This document shows, piece by piece, positions 18,991-28,198 of a stretch of DNA of 64,000 nt. Source of the stretch: Candidatus Saccharimonadota bacterium (GTDB lineage: Bacteria; Patescibacteriota; Saccharimonadia; CAILAD01; BJGX01); NCBI GenBank assembly GCA_046350735.1, contig JAXLZU010000001.1:574297-638296 (forward strand). The letters run 5' to 3'. Made by a program: the position numbers and the translations under genes. The notes below the pieces were generated by a model. That model was not told where the DNA came from. It saw nothing but the letters and a program-made list of their open reading frames with translations, and ran no database searches. Each line of letters starts with the position of its first letter. The first letter of the stretch is position 1.

Positions 18991-19829
18991 AACGTTTTTG
19001 CTTCCAAGAATCTTTTTTTAGACAAATCTAAATATTCTTTTTCTGTATCAATCCCAATAAATTTCCTATTGTACTTATTTGCAACTATCCCTGTAGTAGA
19101 GCTTCCCGTAAATGGATCTAATATTAAATCATTTTCATTACTTGAAGCTAAAATAATTCGCTCCAAAAGCGCTATTGGTTTTTGGGTTGGGTGTTTACCA
19201 AACTTCTTTTCGCTTGGCCCCGGTGTAGTAATTGACCAAACACTACGCATCTGTTTATCAGGCTTCTTTATAAAATCATTGTCATGCCAATTTCCATGTT
19301 TCATATCTTTATAATTGTAAGTATGTTTACCATTAGGATCTTTTCTTGCCCATAATAAAGTTTCATGACTAGCAGTAAAATACCTACCACTTAAGTTGGG
19401 TGCAGCATTCGGTTTAAACCATGTTATATCATTTAAAATTTTATATCCAATTGTCTGAATTGCATAACCACATTGATAAATTGAGTGATAAGTACCACTC
19501 ACCCATATTGACCCGTTTGGCTTTAAAACTCTATAGCATTCAGTAAGCCACTTAAAGTGGAACTTAAAATCCTCAACTACACCATTGCTTTTATCCCAAT
19601 TACCCTTATTTACACTTACCCTTTTACCCGCATGCACTGTAAATCCGCCATTAGAAAGATTGTATGGAGGATCCGCAAAAATCATATCAATTGAATCAGA
19701 TTTTAAGTTTCGCAGAAACAACAGTGAATCAGCATTGTGTAGCTCGAAAAAACCGTCTTTAAAATACGCTTTCTTGAAAGTTTTATGAAACTTAGAATCT
19801 TTTTTTGATGTTAACTCTTTTATATTCAC
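18987..19829 (-). CDS. DNA methyltransferase, beta-class N6-adenine/N4-cytosine (DPPY)
   Basis: IFADPPYNLSNGGF is catalytic motif IV. A downstream FxGxG-like motif ILDPFTGSSTTG (motif I) gives the beta-class order. Confidence 0.85.
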   Translation of the reverse strand: MNIKELTSKKDSKFHKTFKKAYFKDGFFELHNADSLLFLRNLKSDSIDMIFADPPYNLSNGGFTVHAGKRVSVNKGNWDKSNGVVEDFKFHFKWLTECYRVLKPNGSIWVSGTYHSIYQCGYAIQTIGYKILNDITWFKPNAAPNLSGRYFTASHETLLWARKDPNGKHTYNYKDMKHGNWHDNDFIKKPDKQMRSVWSITTPGPSEKKFGKHPTQKPIALLERIILASSNENDLILDPFTGSSTTGIVANKYNRKFIGIDTEKEYLDLSKKRFLEAKTL

Positions 19830-19940
19830 TATTGCCTACCACCTTCCATTGATTCACTTAGATAATTGATTATACATCCTCTTTATTCAATTATATACCG
19901 AACACTATACGAATACAAGAAACCTCGTTCGATATTATAA

Positions 19941-20453
19941 TTATTCAATATCGAAAAGTAAGTTTTGAACATCACTATAGTCCAAAAAAGACATTATGGC
20001 GTTTTCTTCTTTGAAGATGGTAGTATTACGAACTATTTCCGATACATCTTCTAACATTAGTAACACTGAATTAACATCGCCTCTGAGAGAATGAAAGGTG
20101 GCTAATGATAAGTTATTTCCAATATGTGCAATAACAAGATGTCTCCAGTCTTTAATGTTTTTTAAGGTCTGCTGATGTTTGTCTATGATAACCCTTAAAT
20201 TACTTATTAGTTCATCCTTTTCTTGGTATTTTTTTGTTTCATTGAGGTATTTCTCTATATTATATTGAGACTTATCCCATATCTTATAGGCGTTAATATA
20301 CATTGTTGTTATAGTACAATTTGAAAGGGGATTTGATAATTTATTCTTTGGATTTGAATTTATCACTTTTGCAATTTTTGCGGCGTTTGTTGCAAAAATA
20401 ATGCTAGAGTAAAAAAGCGTATGCCTGTTTTTTCTATCTTCAACGCTCATCAT
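19941..20453 (-). CDS. Hypothetical protein in an AT-rich island, with a possible HEPN-like Rx5H motif
   Basis: The motif WRHLVIAHIG gives R-x5-H. GC content is well below that of neighbouring genes. It sits beside the R-M pair. Confidence 0.35.
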   Translation of the reverse strand: MMSVEDRKNRHTLFYSSIIFATNAAKIAKVINSNPKNKLSNPLSNCTITTMYINAYKIWDKSQYNIEKYLNETKKYQEKDELISNLRVIIDKHQQTLKNIKDWRHLVIAHIGNNLSLATFHSLRGDVNSVLLMLEDVSEIVRNTTIFKEENAIMSFLDYSDVQNLLFDIE

Positions 20454-20557
20454 TGTTTACTAAGGACCCTTACTTACCTGTATTATAATTTAATGTTTAT
20501 GAAAATATGATTCTAGATACCAATTTTATGATCATTTATGCTTCATAGTAAATTAAT

Positions 20558-20586
20558 ATAAAAAAAGACGGCTATTACACCGTCTA
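20558..20586 (-). terminator. Rho-independent terminator for gene 20612..20992
   Basis: The stem agacgg/ccgtct has a 9-nt loop and is followed on the minus strand by a T7 run. Confidence 0.6.
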
Positions 20587-20611
20587 AAACTTTCATCTGT
20601 TACTGCTCTAG

Positions 20612-20992
20612 CTAAGCGTTGCTGGCATCTTGGCTCTCCTCTACCTCTTTGATGGTGCTGCTGCTAATAGCTAACTCGTACTCGCTGCCGTCAGTAGCAA
20701 TTACTCTAATACTATCTTCGCGACTTTGATACGTCTCGTTAAAGTAATAAAACACTGCGGTTACAAGTACCGGCTCGTGGTTAAGAAATTTGCGTCTACC
20801 AAAATCGGAATGAATAGTACCGCCAGAAATTGGCGAAGCACTGCCACTAATTCGTATGCGTCTACCTACCAAATACTTCTTAACTGCCTCGTCGGCCTTG
20901 TTGGCAGCTTCTTTGGCTGCGCGGGCTTGGCGCCAGGCTTCTTCGGCAGATTTAATAAGATCTTTAGCAGTTGGTGTAGTAGTAGTTGTCAT
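20612..20992 (-). CDS. Hypothetical protein (126 aa)
   Basis: It has a Thr-rich N-terminus, a helical Ala/Lys-rich segment and an unknown C-terminal domain. Confidence 0.35.
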   Translation of the reverse strand: MTTTTTPTAKDLIKSAEEAWRQARAAKEAANKADEAVKKYLVGRRIRISGSASPISGGTIHSDFGRRKFLNHEPVLVTAVFYYFNETYQSREDSIRVIATDGSEYELAISSSTIKEVEESQDASNA

Positions 20993-21105
20993 TGCCTACT
21001 GCCTCGCTTGGGGCTAGAAGGTACATGGAACTACCAGATTATACAACCCTACTAGAATAAGTACAAATACCGGTGTGGCAGAACGTGCAGAGTAGCAATC
21101 TAGTG

Positions 21106-21912
21106 TTATGCTTCTGGCGGGTTTTCGAAGCCCTCTACCAAGAATTGGTTTTTGCCCAATTGCTTGGCCCTGTACATTAACTTGTCGGCGTGGTTTTGTA
21201 AGTCTGCGCTGCTCATACCTTCTCTAAAATGTACAAACCCAATACTGAGTTCTATTTTTCTCACCCCATTATGACTGCCTAAGGCGGGTACCAAGCGGCC
21301 GTCTTCTGCTACCCCTACCCCATTTACCGTCTCTAGAATGGTCTCGGCAATATCTATGACGCGTGCTTGGTTGGCACCATCGATACCCACCAAAAACTCA
21401 TCTCCACTTCGGCGCGCAGCAATATCTTGGTTTTCTCTAACAACGCGCTCTATAAGCTTGGCAATAAATTTTAGTACTTCGTCGCCAACATTATGGCCAT
21501 ATCTGTCATTAATCTGCTTAAAGCCGTCCATGTCTATAAACCCAATAGATAGTTCTTGAGGGCGTTGCTTAATTTTTTGCTCTAACCAGTTATCGAAGCT
21601 TTCTTTATTGGCCAGGCCCGTAAGGCCATCTACTGTGCTATTATGCTGGGCTTCGTTACCTTTATTCTTTTCGGCGTGCAGCTGCAAATGCGACTCTACT
21701 AACTTAGATTGTAATTCTTCTAGGGTATGCTCTAGCCAGGCAGCATCGGTCTCGGCGGCAATTTGTTCTTTGCTGGGCTCTAGCACGCGCCAAGAATGTT
21801 CGTTTTGTGCCTCAATAACTTCGTCTTTGGTAAGTGGCTTTGGTTGGCGCTCTAGCTGAATGCCCTGCATGTCTTGGGGCGATAAGCGCAAGCTGTCGTT
21901 AAATTCGCTCAT
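21106..21912 (-). CDS. GGDEF-domain diguanylate-cyclase-like protein with a coiled-coil N-terminus; the A-site reads SGDEF
   Basis: It has LTGLANKESF, GFIDMDGFKQINDRYGH and ARRSGDEFLVG. The canonical form is RxGGDEF; here the first Gly is replaced by Ser. Confidence 0.75.
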   Translation of the reverse strand: MSEFNDSLRLSPQDMQGIQLERQPKPLTKDEVIEAQNEHSWRVLEPSKEQIAAETDAAWLEHTLEELQSKLVESHLQLHAEKNKGNEAQHNSTVDGLTGLANKESFDNWLEQKIKQRPQELSIGFIDMDGFKQINDRYGHNVGDEVLKFIAKLIERVVRENQDIAARRSGDEFLVGIDGANQARVIDIAETILETVNGVGVAEDGRLVPALGSHNGVRKIELSIGFVHFREGMSSADLQNHADKLMYRAKQLGKNQFLVEGFENPPEA

Positions 21913-21961
21913 AGTACTTATACTAGCGGGTTTTATATATAAACTCTAGCTCTGTTAATAT

Positions 21962-21991
21962 ATAAAAAACGACTCTTAAGTATAAGAGTCG
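21962..21991 (-). terminator. Rho-independent terminator after cdsA
   Basis: The palindrome cgactctta/taagagtcg is followed on the minus strand by T6. Confidence 0.6.
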
Positions 21992-21996
21992 TAAAA

Positions 21997-22689
21997 CTAA
22001 CTGGGTACGAGTACCCACAGAATAATTACTGCCACTGGTGCGGCTGCCAGTAGACCGTCGTTGCGGTCTAGCATGCCGCCATGGTCGCGCAGTAACAAGC
22101 TAGAATCTTTTACGTCGGCTTGGCGCTTTAGCCAGCTCTCGAGCAAGTCGCCCGCCATACCAACAATAGCTAGACATAACGCCAGGCAATAGAGCACGCC
22201 CGGGCTAATGCCAAAACGAAAGGGCAGCATAATGCTTGTCCAGAGTGCTGCTCCTAGCAAGCCAGTAAACACACCCTCCCAGGTTTTACCGGGCGATATG
22301 CGCACGGCTAACTTGTGTCCACCAGTTAGCTTGCTGAGAGCCTTGCCACCATAAAAGGCACCAACATCACTTACAAACACGGTACCTATTAGCCAGACGA
22401 GTGCAGATTTGCCGGCGATAATTTCTACCAAGATAATACAAGATGGAAAAAGCATTATCAGCACCCATTCTATGGCCCATGGAAGCCGTTTGGTGTTATG
22501 TGCTCTCTCACTAGCTCTATCTACCAGGTGTGTAAGCTCGCTTGCAACGATACCAATAATGCCAACCAAACAGATTAGTGCAAGTGGCCATGGCAAAATA
22601 ACAATAACTACCACACCCAACACAATCCATAGTGCCGGCACTATTCGTGTAGAAAAGTGGCCCGCCTCTACGCTGACCGCCATACTCAC
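21997..22689 (-). CDS. cdsA: Phosphatidate cytidylyltransferase
   Basis: It has SPGKTWEGVFTG and the C-terminal DHGGMLDRNDG motif, and it is polytopic. Confidence 0.8.
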   Translation of the reverse strand: MSMAVSVEAGHFSTRIVPALWIVLGVVVIVILPWPLALICLVGIIGIVASELTHLVDRASERAHNTKRLPWAIEWVLIMLFPSCIILVEIIAGKSALVWLIGTVFVSDVGAFYGGKALSKLTGGHKLAVRISPGKTWEGVFTGLLGAALWTSIMLPFRFGISPGVLYCLALCLAIVGMAGDLLESWLKRQADVKDSSLLLRDHGGMLDRNDGLLAAAPVAVIILWVLVPS

Positions 22690-22793
22690 CCCTTTCTTGG
22701 TGGGTTTTCTAGGTACAAATCTTGCACTGAGTGTAGCAAAAACACAATCAAAAAGCGATACTAAGCAACAAACATTTGTGTAATATAAAACCC

Positions 22794-23855
22794 TCAGCGA
22801 TGCCGCTGAGGGTGAACATTTTTAGGAAAACGTTTTGGTGTGGCTCTTACGAGACCGGTCTGAGTACAATCGCCAGACTGAGGCCATGTTTGGTTACCAA
22901 ACCCATCAATCTCACAAATGTAATGCTGGTGCTTAGTACAAACAGGAATGTAATATTCCCACTCATTAGGGCTACTGAAGAAGTAGCGACGCATAGCTAC
23001 TGCGGGCTCGCCACACAGCCGGCACTTCTGGCCATCTGGGCTATTTTGGAAGTAGTGTCTAGTTTGGCGCATCTTTACGATCTCTTCAGTAATGCCTTCT
23101 GCCCCATCGTGCATGGCATTAACACACAGTGCAGAGATCAAACCAATCAGCGCAAGTAAGTTAATCTGAAAATTATTACGATTAGCAAGAAACAAAATCA
23201 AACCGATAGTCAGGCTCAAGCCGGCACCGACCCATAGCGGCCCACTGCCCTCTGTAGGCCGGGTCTCTATGCTATGTGTATTAGCGCGGTAAACAACTAC
23301 TAGCCAACACAAAACAGATGTAGCCATGCCGATCAGTGAGAGCGACGGCTCGATACTATCTTTTGCCAAAAATAGCAGAAAACTGTAAATCAACCCGGTA
23401 AGAAAAGTCATACCTGCAATCTTAATGCCAACACCAATCCAGAAGCCTACATGGCTAGGTTCGCGCCCGTCAAGCACGAGATACTTAACAGGCTTGTACT
23501 TTGGTTTGGGCGGTTCTGGTGTTTTCTTCGCCTGCACAGAAGTTGACTGCGAAACTTGCTTGATGACAGTACTGGACGTGAATGGTCGAGTGGTCGTCAC
23601 AGGAGTAGATGGCGTAACTGGTACTGGTGCAGTTCGATACGCGGTCTGAGCCCGATAAGCCATCTCGCGATCGTGCGCCAAGGCGGCGTCGCGAGCACTC
23701 TCGTACTCGGCTCGAGTTTGAAAACTCATAGGATCAACACCTGGTGCCTGCATGGGCATGTCGCCCCTGGGGTTCAATGGCTGATCCCACTGATGAATAT
23801 ATGTGGCGGGGTCTCGCCCCGGATTCGGCTCATACATTCGAGGGTCGTAAGGCAT
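22794..23855 (-). CDS. Membrane protein with a Pro-rich N-terminal region and a C-terminal Cys/His zinc-ribbon-like tail
   Basis: It is Pro/Thr-rich, has 4 predicted TM helices, and the C-terminus reads CRLCGEP...CTKHQHYIC. Confidence 0.4.
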   Translation of the reverse strand: MPYDPRMYEPNPGRDPATYIHQWDQPLNPRGDMPMQAPGVDPMSFQTRAEYESARDAALAHDREMAYRAQTAYRTAPVPVTPSTPVTTTRPFTSSTVIKQVSQSTSVQAKKTPEPPKPKYKPVKYLVLDGREPSHVGFWIGVGIKIAGMTFLTGLIYSFLLFLAKDSIEPSLSLIGMATSVLCWLVVVYRANTHSIETRPTEGSGPLWVGAGLSLTIGLILFLANRNNFQINLLALIGLISALCVNAMHDGAEGITEEIVKMRQTRHYFQNSPDGQKCRLCGEPAVAMRRYFFSSPNEWEYYIPVCTKHQHYICEIDGFGNQTWPQSGDCTQTGLVRATPKRFPKNVHPQRHR

Positions 23856-23995
23856 CTTTGGGCCTTTCGATGAAGGGTTAAGGAGCGAAACAATTGCTTG
23901 TTTGGTGACTACTATACCACTTTATTATTAAAAGAACAATTATCTTACATCTGCTATACAGGCACAGATAGCTTAAACGGCTACCATGAATTGCA

Positions 23996-24481
23996 CTAGA
24001 TCTTCGAGATATACCAATCGTAAATTCTGTGCTTTGGCCTCGCTAGTGGCTTTACGAGAATTGTTGTAATGCCTGCTCTATTTGCAGCCACAATATCATT
24101 AAGAATTCTATCGCCTATCATTACAACATTCTCTGGTTTAGCCCCGATAGTCTGTAACAATCGTTGATAGAAGTGTTTTCTGGGCTTAAACGATACTATT
24201 GTCGCTTGAATAGTTTGGCAACCAATCTTTTTTGCAATCTTAGAAATATCGCGTCTTGTATTGCTACCAATATATACTTTCAATCCTTGTTTTTGCATAG
24301 ATTTTATATGCTGCATAAATTGAGGCGATACAGTATTGGTTTTTCTTGGCAGTAGTGTTTCGTCGAGATCAAAAACAACATAGAGTATTCCTGCTTGTTG
24401 TAGTGCTACACCGTCTATTTCTCGTAACGATTGAGCAGTATAGTCAGGAAAAAAGGGTGAGTTTTTGTTAACTTTTTGCAT
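23996..24481 (-). CDS. HAD-superfamily phosphatase, YqeG-like (HAD-IIIA)
   Basis: VVFDLDETLL carries motif I DxD. YIGSN and GDRILND supply motifs III/IV. Confidence 0.6.
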   Translation of the reverse strand: MQKVNKNSPFFPDYTAQSLREIDGVALQQAGILYVVFDLDETLLPRKTNTVSPQFMQHIKSMQKQGLKVYIGSNTRRDISKIAKKIGCQTIQATIVSFKPRKHFYQRLLQTIGAKPENVVMIGDRILNDIVAANRAGITTILVKPLARPKHRIYDWYISKI

Positions 24482-24542
24482 ATACTATTCAAATACAATC
24501 ACTACATGCTACATTGTGCTGTAAGTAACCTTGCTAGGTAAT

Positions 24543-24737
24543 TTACACTCGCTCTGCAGGGCGAATAACGTAGGCAACAATTAAGGCTGCAGGGAAGAAT
24601 ATAAGGCTAAAAATAAAGAACCAAAAGAAGCTATGACCTTTACGAGCCGCAACTCGGCTTGGCCAAAAAGCAATGGCTATCCAGATAATTAAACCAATAA
24701 ACCACCAAACAAAACCTATTACACTATTAGGAAACAT
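24543..24737 (-). CDS. Small 2-TM membrane protein
   Basis: It is a 64-aa protein with two hydrophobic helices separated by RVAARKGH. Confidence 0.4.
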   Translation of the reverse strand: MFPNSVIGFVWWFIGLIIWIAIAFWPSRVAARKGHSFFWFFIFSLIFFPAALIVAYVIRPAERV

Positions 24738-24827
24738 CGTAAATCCTTTCTTTATAAAATGTAGTATACCATTAAATGTAGAGTCTTTGTTCTATGAGTA
24801 TCATTGCTATGCTAAAATACTAAGACA

Positions 24828-25544
24828 ATGATAACGGTAAAAGATGTAACGAAAACCTATGGCAAGGGCGAGAGCTTATTTACTGCACTCTATAATGTGA
24901 GTGCTGAAATACCTACAGGCTCCACAGTAGCAATTGTCGGCAAAAGTGGTTCTGGTAAATCTACTCTAATGCACATAATGAGTGGGCTCGACCATGCCAG
25001 CTCTGGTGATGTAGTAGTGAATGGCACAAGCCTTGTAGGAATGAAGCCTAAGCAGATTGATAAATTCCGTTCTAGCGAAATGAGCTTTATCTTTCAGGCA
25101 TTCTTTGTTGAGGCCAACCAAACATGTTTTCAGAATGTAATGTTGCCTCTCGAGATAGCTAAAGTAGCTAGACGCGATCGTAAAAAACATGTACTTGAGG
25201 CACTAAAGGCCGTGGGGCTCGAAGACAAAGCCGGTAGTCTTGCCAATAACCTCAGTGGTGGACAAAAACAGCGCTTAGCTATTGCTCGAGCAATTGTAAA
25301 CAAACCCAAACTATTATTTGCCGATGAGCCTACCGGTAATCTCGATAGCTCTACTGGAGAAGTAGTAATAGACTTACTCTTTGGGCTTAATAAAGAGCGA
25401 GGCATTACCCTTGTAGTTGTAACGCACGATCAGGAGCTAGCCGATAAGTGTGATATTCAGTTACATATGAAAGATGGCGAGATACTAGAAATACTAAAAA
25501 AGCGGGCCTATAAAAAAATGTCTGCAAAAAAGAGGATGACGTAA
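24828..25544 (+). CDS. ABC transporter ATP-binding protein (MacB/LolD/FtsE-like)
   Basis: It has Walker A GKSGSGKST, the signature LSGGQKQR and Walker B LLFADEPT. Confidence 0.9.
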   Translation: MITVKDVTKTYGKGESLFTALYNVSAEIPTGSTVAIVGKSGSGKSTLMHIMSGLDHASSGDVVVNGTSLVGMKPKQIDKFRSSEMSFIFQAFFVEANQTCFQNVMLPLEIAKVARRDRKKHVLEALKAVGLEDKAGSLANNLSGGQKQRLAIARAIVNKPKLLFADEPTGNLDSSTGEVVIDLLFGLNKERGITLVVVTHDQELADKCDIQLHMKDGEILEILKKRAYKKMSAKKRMT

Positions 25545-26888
25545 ATGTATTTAACCGATCTAATACGACGAGCAGCCCGAAGTCTGCGTAGCGCTAAGGC
25601 ACGTACCTTACTTACCGCTCTAGCTATTGCAGTAGGCGCATTTGCACTAACTCTTACTCTTGCTGCAAGCAATGGGGCCCAAAAGTATGTACAAAAAATT
25701 ATTAGCGATAATTTTGACCCTGCAGAACTTATAGTGGCAAATGACAGCGCAGTGCTTGGACAGTCTGATACCACTAAGCCAAAGGAATACGATGTAAGTA
25801 TAGGTACTGCTACCTCTAATGCCGGGGCATCTACGCAAATAAAGCGCATTACCGATGATGATATTGCAAGAATTCGTGCTATTTCTGGTGTAGAACAAAT
25901 TAGACAAAATATTACAGTAAATTTGCAATACATTACCCGCCCTGGACAAAAGAAATACGTCGGAACAATTGCGGCAGTAAACCCTTTTCAGAAGCCAGAG
26001 TTATTAGCTGGCAAGATAGAAAATCCCCTTGGCTCTAAGCAGCTATTGCTACCTGAGGGATATTTAGATAGTCTTGGTTTTGATTCTGCGCAAAACGCAA
26101 TTGGTAAGACCGTAACAATTTCTGTGGTAGAGCCAGCCACCCAACAAGGTGTGGCTACATTCGGACAAGTACCAACTGTCGCTCAAAATTCTGTACAACA
26201 AGAATACCAGATAGCTGCAGTACTCAAAAAACCAACTACTTCTCAGCCTGGCACTGAATTATATATGTATACTAGTGCTGCCGATGCACAAGCCCTAAGT
26301 GATATAACTACTGCCGGTACAGCCGACTATCATAAGTATGCCTACATTAACGTACGTATAAAAAATGGCGAAGATGCCGCAACGCTAAAAGAAGCTCAAG
26401 AAAAAATAAAAGCACTTGGCTATACTGCGCAAAGTGTAAAAGACACCCAAGAATTTTTAAACCAAATAATAGCCGTGTTACAAGGTATTGTTATTGGTTT
26501 TGCACTCATTGCTATTGTTGCCTCTGTGTTTGGCATTATTAATACTATGTATATTAGCGTTATTCAGCGTACCCGTGAGATTGGTCTTATGAAAGCCCTG
26601 GGAATGCGCAAGCGTGATATAGGTCGTCTCTTTCGATTTGAAGCCGCATGGATTGGCATTTTAGGAGGGTTAATTGGTGCTGGTACTGCAATTATCTTGG
26701 GTACAGCAATTAACCCTTGGCTTACCACAAAACTCAGTCTTGGCAACGGAAACAAATTACTTATTTTTGACCCATTACAAGTAGGAATTTTGCTTCTTAT
26801 TCTTATGGTTATATCGATTTTTGCTGGATGGTTGCCATCGCGTAAAGCTGCCAAACTCGACCCTATAGAAGCTCTACGAACTGAGTAG
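25545..26888 (+). CDS. ABC transporter permease, FtsX/MacB-type with a large periplasmic domain
   Basis: It has an N-terminal TM helix, a ~250-aa extracytoplasmic domain and a C-terminal 3-TM FtsX core. It starts 1 nt after the ATPase stop. Confidence 0.85.
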   Translation: MYLTDLIRRAARSLRSAKARTLLTALAIAVGAFALTLTLAASNGAQKYVQKIISDNFDPAELIVANDSAVLGQSDTTKPKEYDVSIGTATSNAGASTQIKRITDDDIARIRAISGVEQIRQNITVNLQYITRPGQKKYVGTIAAVNPFQKPELLAGKIENPLGSKQLLLPEGYLDSLGFDSAQNAIGKTVTISVVEPATQQGVATFGQVPTVAQNSVQQEYQIAAVLKKPTTSQPGTELYMYTSAADAQALSDITTAGTADYHKYAYINVRIKNGEDAATLKEAQEKIKALGYTAQSVKDTQEFLNQIIAVLQGIVIGFALIAIVASVFGIINTMYISVIQRTREIGLMKALGMRKRDIGRLFRFEAAWIGILGGLIGAGTAIILGTAINPWLTTKLSLGNGNKLLIFDPLQVGILLLILMVISIFAGWLPSRKAAKLDPIEALRTE

Positions 26889-26985
26889 TATCTGTTTTTA
26901 AGTAAAGAATATGTAAACAGCCTACTTTGGGTGTATAATAGCCATTATGATTCAATTTTTGCAATCTTCTGTAACTAAATATTCT

Positions 26986-27010
26986 TACCGCGCTTACGGC
27001 GGTATATTTT
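26986..27010 (+). terminator. Hairpin plus T-run downstream of the ABC operon
   Basis: taccgc / gcggta stem with a 7-nt loop, followed by tatttt. Confidence 0.45.
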
Positions 27011-27045
27011 GTTATCGATAATCTATTACTAATCAATGCACAAAC

Positions 27046-27073
27046 CTACCGCCTTAAAAGGCGGTTTTTTTTA
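27046..27073 (+). terminator. Strong terminator-like hairpin plus T8, 24 nt upstream of the tyrA start (possible attenuator)
   Basis: The stem accgcctt/aaggcggt is followed by tttttttt. A 12-codon uORF (27036..27074, MHKPTALKGGFF) overlaps it. Confidence 0.5.
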
Positions 27074-27096
27074 ATTAACATGCAGGAAATAATAAT

Positions 27097-28113
27097 ATGA
27101 ACAATCAACTTAATCAGTTACGCACAGAAATAGACACAATAGATAGTCAGCTTCTAGAGCTACTCAGCAGAAGGTTTGCTGTTACTCGTAAAGTAGGACA
27201 GCTTAAGACGCAGTCTAAGCTACCTACAGTAGACCCAAATAGAGAGAATCAACAGATGCAGCGTATAGCTCAATTAGCTCAAAGAGAAAATATTAACCCA
27301 CAGCTCGCTCAAAATATACTGCGCACTATTATAGACGAGGTGGTAATAGAGCATCAGGCAATTCAATCATCTTACTCGGCTAGTAAGATTACCGCCCCCA
27401 CTATCGGTATTATTGGCCTTGGCGACTTTGGTATGTTTATCGCAAAAACCCTAGCCAAGTATGCCCGGGTAAGCTGTTTTGATAGCCAAGACAGCAAAAC
27501 AGGAGCATCTAACTATGGCGCCAGCCTAAAAGCCGTATTACAGGCTGAATACATTATTCTTGCGGTACCGTTTGAGGCGCTTAATTCTACATTACTTTCT
27601 ATAAAGTCATACCTCAAACCAACAAGCACAATAATTGACGTATGTTCGGTAAAAATACACAGCGAGAAGGCTATAAGAAAAATACTTCCAAATCACAAGA
27701 ATGTAGTATTTACTCACCCGTTATTTGGTCCACAATCAGCTAACAAACAACTTGCCGGGCATACAATTGTTTGTACTAACTCAAATACCGCTGCCAGCAA
27801 AAAGGTGCTTAGCTTCTGTCGTTCTGTGCTGGGTCTACGTATTGTAGCTATGAGTGCAAGAGAACACGATATGGCAATGGCCGAGATTCATGCCCTAACT
27901 TTCTTTGTTGCACGTGGCCTGCATATGACGGGCATTACTAAGGGAGAGTTTCAAACTCCATCGTTTCAGATGTTGTTAGACCTAATAGCGCTTGATACGT
28001 CACAAAGCGAAGAGCTCTTTCGCACTGTCGAGCTAGCGAATCCTTTTGCCGCAGGGGTACGTAATACATTTCTTACACAACTACACAGCCTAAACACCAA
28101 ACTAAATGCATAA
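27097..28113 (+). CDS. tyrA: Bifunctional chorismate mutase / prephenate dehydrogenase
   Basis: The N-terminal AroQ-type chorismate mutase helix is LRTEIDTIDSQLLELLSRRFAVTRKVGQLK. It is followed by a GxGxxG Rossmann fold IGIIGLGDFGMFIAKTL and a PDH core. Confidence 0.75.
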   Translation: MNNQLNQLRTEIDTIDSQLLELLSRRFAVTRKVGQLKTQSKLPTVDPNRENQQMQRIAQLAQRENINPQLAQNILRTIIDEVVIEHQAIQSSYSASKITAPTIGIIGLGDFGMFIAKTLAKYARVSCFDSQDSKTGASNYGASLKAVLQAEYIILAVPFEALNSTLLSIKSYLKPTSTIIDVCSVKIHSEKAIRKILPNHKNVVFTHPLFGPQSANKQLAGHTIVCTNSNTAASKKVLSFCRSVLGLRIVAMSAREHDMAMAEIHALTFFVARGLHMTGITKGEFQTPSFQMLLDLIALDTSQSEELFRTVELANPFAAGVRNTFLTQLHSLNTKLNA

Positions 28114-28198
28114 TTGTTTGTAAATGAAGACCCCACCAACTGTTGTTGGTGGGGCTGGCGGCAGATTTTGCCGCAAGGGTGATCTGCCGCAAGGCTGA

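Noticed and set aside
19941-20453. Calling the 170-aa AT-rich protein a defined Abi family member (AbiU2/Abi_2)
   Set aside because: Only a single Rx5H motif supports a HEPN relationship. That is too little for a family call, so it is left as hypothetical with a flagged motif.
25130-25949. Antisense ORFs across the ABC ATPase/permease junction
   Set aside because: They lie inside two well-supported ABC transporter genes.
27036-27074. The leader peptide MHKPTALKGGFF as a definitive Phe/Tyr attenuator
   Set aside because: It has only two regulatory codons and no obvious SD. It is kept only as a low-confidence hypothesis inside the tyrA-upstream finding.
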